Below are positions 60,964 to 64,000 of a stretch of DNA of 64,000 nt, in pieces. Made by a program: the position numbers and the translations under genes. Location of the stretch: positions 1 to 64,000 of the IMG/VR virus record IMGVR_UViG_3300020608_000013. One strand, 5' to 3'. The notes beneath the pieces are model-generated. The model had not been told where the DNA came from. It made no database searches and was given only the letters and a program-made list of their open reading frames with translations. Within the stretch, counting starts at the first letter, position 1; each line of letters starts with the position of its first letter.

Positions 60964-62937
60964 TCATAATGTTGATTCAAAGGAAATAGTTGACGAGATA
61001 CCTGTGATCCCTTCAACTTGGTCTGCCGCCCATTGCATAATGTCTTTCGAGCGTTCTGCAATGTTATCTTCTTCACCTGTATCAAGTTTAGTATAGATGA
61101 AGTAAGTTTGAGTATCTTGACCAATGCGATCGACCCGTGCAGTCGCTTGCGTCATAATGTACTCTCTAAACGGTATATCAATAAACACTGCAGTATTTGC
61201 AGCGATAAGGGGCACGCCAGTCCCTAACGATTTATACGTCGTTACTAACGGATTAGCGCTACTGTCTTTGTTGAACCGATCGACTGTTTTATTTAAATCT
61301 TTCGTATTCTCCCCAAACACAGAAATAGCATTCATCCCCAGTTTATGCAAACGATCGAGTATTTTTTTACCCACTTCAACATACGAGGTAAAAATAACAA
61401 CTTTCTTTTCACTTTGCTCAACAATCTTTTTAAAGTCTAATTCTTCTGCAATCGCGATAAAACTATCAATACGCGCTTTGGTAAACACGTTACCCAAACA
61501 CTCACCACGAACTTTTAAGTGAACGTACTTGACAATAGACTTAACTTCTTTAAACCGTTTCGCTCTCACTGGGTCTAGTGCAGGTATAATAACTTCTTTT
61601 TCAAATTTGTTAACCTGTGCGAATAGTTCAGTGTCAATACCGAAACCCCCTCCTGATTTAATAACTTTCTGTAGTAGGTAACGATACTCAGCGTACTCTG
61701 CGTTCTCATGATTAGTGAAAATGCGATCGTTGTAATATCCCAATATATCGTAAAAGTCTTTATGAGTTTCTTGTTTAATCGAGTCGTAATAAGCTGTTCT
61801 TTCTTTAATGAATTTAATCATATCATCTCGAACACTACTCAATAAGAAAGGTTTTACGTTCTTAGGACGTACGTCAATCGTCGATGAGATTGGTGGTATT
61901 GTTTGTATCTCTTTCTTTTCAATGGTGAACATTAACTCCTCTAACCGTTTACGTAAAATACCTGTTGTAGAATTGACATTACCTCCGTAGAGACGTTTAA
62001 AACGCTCTTCTATTTTTAGTGTAAATCTAACAGGGTAAACACAACGGTAGGTAGGTACAATTTCAGTTGCTTTAGCTTTGAAAGGCGTTCCTGATAAGAA
62101 TAGTAAATGCGCGGGTCTAATCTTTTTACAAAGCTCTGTGAACAACTTGGTACGGTTTGATTTAAGATCGTTAAAATTGTGCGACTCGTCTAATATGATA
62201 ATCGTTTTCTCAGAGGGTTTAGCGCGATAATTTGTATAAAAACTACCTAGTGCCTCATAATGACAAATATAGTGTCGATACCTATCATTCATCGGCGTAT
62301 TTTCATCTTTAGACGACCATGCCTTTACAGGGTTTTTATAAATACTCTCTACGGTCTTTACCCAGACTTTATTTATAACAGGTAGCGGACAGACGATAAC
62401 AACTTTCACACACTTCTCTAACTCTGCTAAGAATAGACTAGCTGCCGTCTTACCAGAACCAGCAGCGCCGTTTAGTAAAAGCGCGTTGTTACCGTAACGT
62501 TGGCATTTAATACTGTAGTCATCAAGAAAGTTTTGTTGATGAGGTAGTGGTTTCCAATGCATCGTGTCCAGTAGTTTCAAATTGTAATGGGGTAAATAAG
62601 TTTTACTTAACCGCATTATTTCGGGTAGTTGTTCAAACTGGGTAAGAATATCCTTAATATCTTTCTTAACTCGTCTTGGGAAGCGTGCATAATCCTTGTT
62701 TGTAGTTAACTCATGTAAAATACGTTTAGCAAATTCATAAAAATCGCGTATAAAGAAAAGTGGTATCTCTAAACGATTATGGGTAGATTTCTTAAACAAG
62801 TAAGTTTTTACGCGTTCGGTACTAAAAACCTTTTTCGCCATATACAGGAATAGGTGCGCGTCTATATTATATACATAGACAGTCTCACCTTTAACCTCGA
62901 TAAGTGTAGGTAGAAAACGACTTGTGATGACAGTCAT
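60964..62937 (-). CDS. SF2/SNF2-like helicase (phiKZ gp203-like)
   Basis: PLPHQ Q-motif, Walker A GAAGSGKT, ILDESHN, LSGTP, SLGTGVPL and QATARVDRIGQ. Probable start ATG 62937 with GAGG SD (track start 62982). Confidence 0.9.
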   Translation of the reverse strand: MTVITSRFLPTLIEVKGETVYVYNIDAHLFLYMAKKVFSTERVKTYLFKKSTHNRLEIPLFFIRDFYEFAKRILHELTTNKDYARFPRRVKKDIKDILTQFEQLPEIMRLSKTYLPHYNLKLLDTMHWKPLPHQQNFLDDYSIKCQRYGNNALLLNGAAGSGKTAASLFLAELEKCVKVVIVCPLPVINKVWVKTVESIYKNPVKAWSSKDENTPMNDRYRHYICHYEALGSFYTNYRAKPSEKTIIILDESHNFNDLKSNRTKLFTELCKKIRPAHLLFLSGTPFKAKATEIVPTYRCVYPVRFTLKIEERFKRLYGGNVNSTTGILRKRLEELMFTIEKKEIQTIPPISSTIDVRPKNVKPFLLSSVRDDMIKFIKERTAYYDSIKQETHKDFYDILGYYNDRIFTNHENAEYAEYRYLLQKVIKSGGGFGIDTELFAQVNKFEKEVIIPALDPVRAKRFKEVKSIVKYVHLKVRGECLGNVFTKARIDSFIAIAEELDFKKIVEQSEKKVVIFTSYVEVGKKILDRLHKLGMNAISVFGENTKDLNKTVDRFNKDSSANPLVTTYKSLGTGVPLIAANTAVFIDIPFREYIMTQATARVDRIGQDTQTYFIYTKLDTGEEDNIAERSKDIMQWAADQVEGITGISSTISFESTL

Positions 62938-62971
62938 AAATTGATTATCCTCTTTAGTAAAAGGTTTAAAA

Positions 62972-64000
62972 ATGTTTAACATGGCTTCAATGGATGTACC
63001 CTCGCTAGAGTACGTCCGACAACAACATGGTGAGGAGGTATTCGTACCCCTAACTCACCATATTGACCAACTCTACGAAATACTCCACATAGATACTATG
63101 AAGGAGGACAAACTTAAAAAGATCAGCGCTTTTTTAAAAAATCGGTTTAAATTGAAATTTAAAGTGCGTGATGTAAAGAACCAAACTATTTGGGTAAACA
63201 TGCCCATCTTCAATGAAGATCATGTCTATAACAACCCAAACATGCCTAAAATGCCCAAACGTAAAAAATACATCGCAACTCAATTACTCGAAAAAGGGTT
63301 TGAGATTGATTTAGATACGGGTGCTGTAAAGGGAGCTGTTAGTGACATATCTGTTAGTATTGAAGTAGATTTTAAATTCATCCTCAACCAGCATAAACTA
63401 AATAGTAAAGAAATAGCGGCCTGTATACTCCATGAGGTTGGCCATGCGATATATTCGATGATACTTATCCATAACATCACTCGAACAAACACGGCATTAG
63501 AAACTGTCGCACGAATGAAAACACCTAAAAAGAAGAAACTTGAATACGTATTCAAACATCTTCTGACAGCAGAACAAAAGAGACAAGTAGAAGACAGTAG
63601 TTCAGAAGAGGCGGGTCGACTCAGAACGATAGACTTCGTATCCGCCCAAGCGGTCGAAAAGTTACCTGCAAGATATGGTAGTTTACAACACCGTAGAGAT
63701 GAAGAATCATTCGCAGATGCTTTCGCTATTCGTTTGGGGGCAGGTAGTGCGCTACTCACCGCACTTGAGAAACTGACTATACGTAAACGGTACTTTTTGG
63801 GTGGTGTTATAATGTTTCTATTAAATAAATTAATGAGTTCGATTAAGTTATTAGCCATCGCCATTGGGTCGACAGGTCTTGCTACCATTGCTAGTATCGC
63901 AGCCCCCTTCTATATAGTTTTCTCCGTTGTCCTAACTTTCTTCCTGCCATCAAGCGAATTTAATTCATACGGTACTTTTCGTATGCGATGCGCCCGAATA
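62972..64000 (+). CDS. HEXXH zinc-metallopeptidase-like virion protein, membrane-associated; truncated by window end (missing from ORF track)
   Basis: Open frame from ATG 62972 (AAGGT SD) to the window end: MFNMASMDVPSLEY..., EIAACILHEVGH, EESFADAFAIRLGAGSALLTALEK, then hydrophobic helices. Confidence 0.82.
   Translation, partial: MFNMASMDVPSLEYVRQQHGEEVFVPLTHHIDQLYEILHIDTMKEDKLKKISAFLKNRFKLKFKVRDVKNQTIWVNMPIFNEDHVYNNPNMPKMPKRKKYIATQLLEKGFEIDLDTGAVKGAVSDISVSIEVDFKFILNQHKLNSKEIAACILHEVGHAIYSMILIHNITRTNTALETVARMKTPKKKKLEYVFKHLLTAEQKRQVEDSSSEEAGRLRTIDFVSAQAVEKLPARYGSLQHRRDEESFADAFAIRLGAGSALLTALEKLTIRKRYFLGGVIMFLLNKLMSSIKLLAIAIGSTGLATIASIAAPFYIVFSVVLTFFLPSSEFNSYGTFRMRCARI

Noticed and set aside
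13830-62940. TATG at many gene starts resembling the phiKZ late-promoter motif
   Set aside because: T before ATG is expected in an AT-rich genome. Promoters cannot be supported without TSS data.
62972-62983. Head-to-head start codons overlapping in a CATG palindrome
   Set aside because: Better SD-supported starts exist at 62937 (minus) and 62972 (plus), so the overlap is likely an ORF-caller artefact.
63280-63888. 202-aa minus-strand ORF in the track
   Set aside because: It is the antisense shadow of the plus-strand HEXXH protease gene, which has real motifs and an SD.
1-64000. tRNAs, CRISPR arrays, introns, inteins, homing endonucleases
   Set aside because: No cloverleafs, spaced direct repeats, split conserved genes or LAGLIDADG/HNH/intein motifs were seen by eye.

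Overview
This window is part of an AT-rich phiKZ-like jumbo myophage genome (Chimalliviridae-like; the chimallin gene itself is not in the window). It covers the core morphogenesis and replication region: SbcC ATPase, an RNase H-like protein, RuvC, portal, a non-virion RNAP beta N-half, major capsid protein, DnaB-like helicase, dTMP kinase, baseplate/neck/tail-fibre genes, a tandem array of 8 head/inner-body paralogs, a tail tube gene, an SF2/SNF2 helicase and a truncated HEXXH protease. phiKZ gp numbers come from remembered motifs and gene order, not from database searches. The standard genetic code fits. I saw no tRNA, CRISPR array, intron or intein. Most notable: one head paralog whose conserved propeptide is interrupted by two in-frame stops; a TM+LysM membrane module; short motifs (TPExLF/CDD, YRKG[TS]W) shared across tail proteins; a tube gene away from the sheath gene; and a circularly permuted pair of small paralogs.
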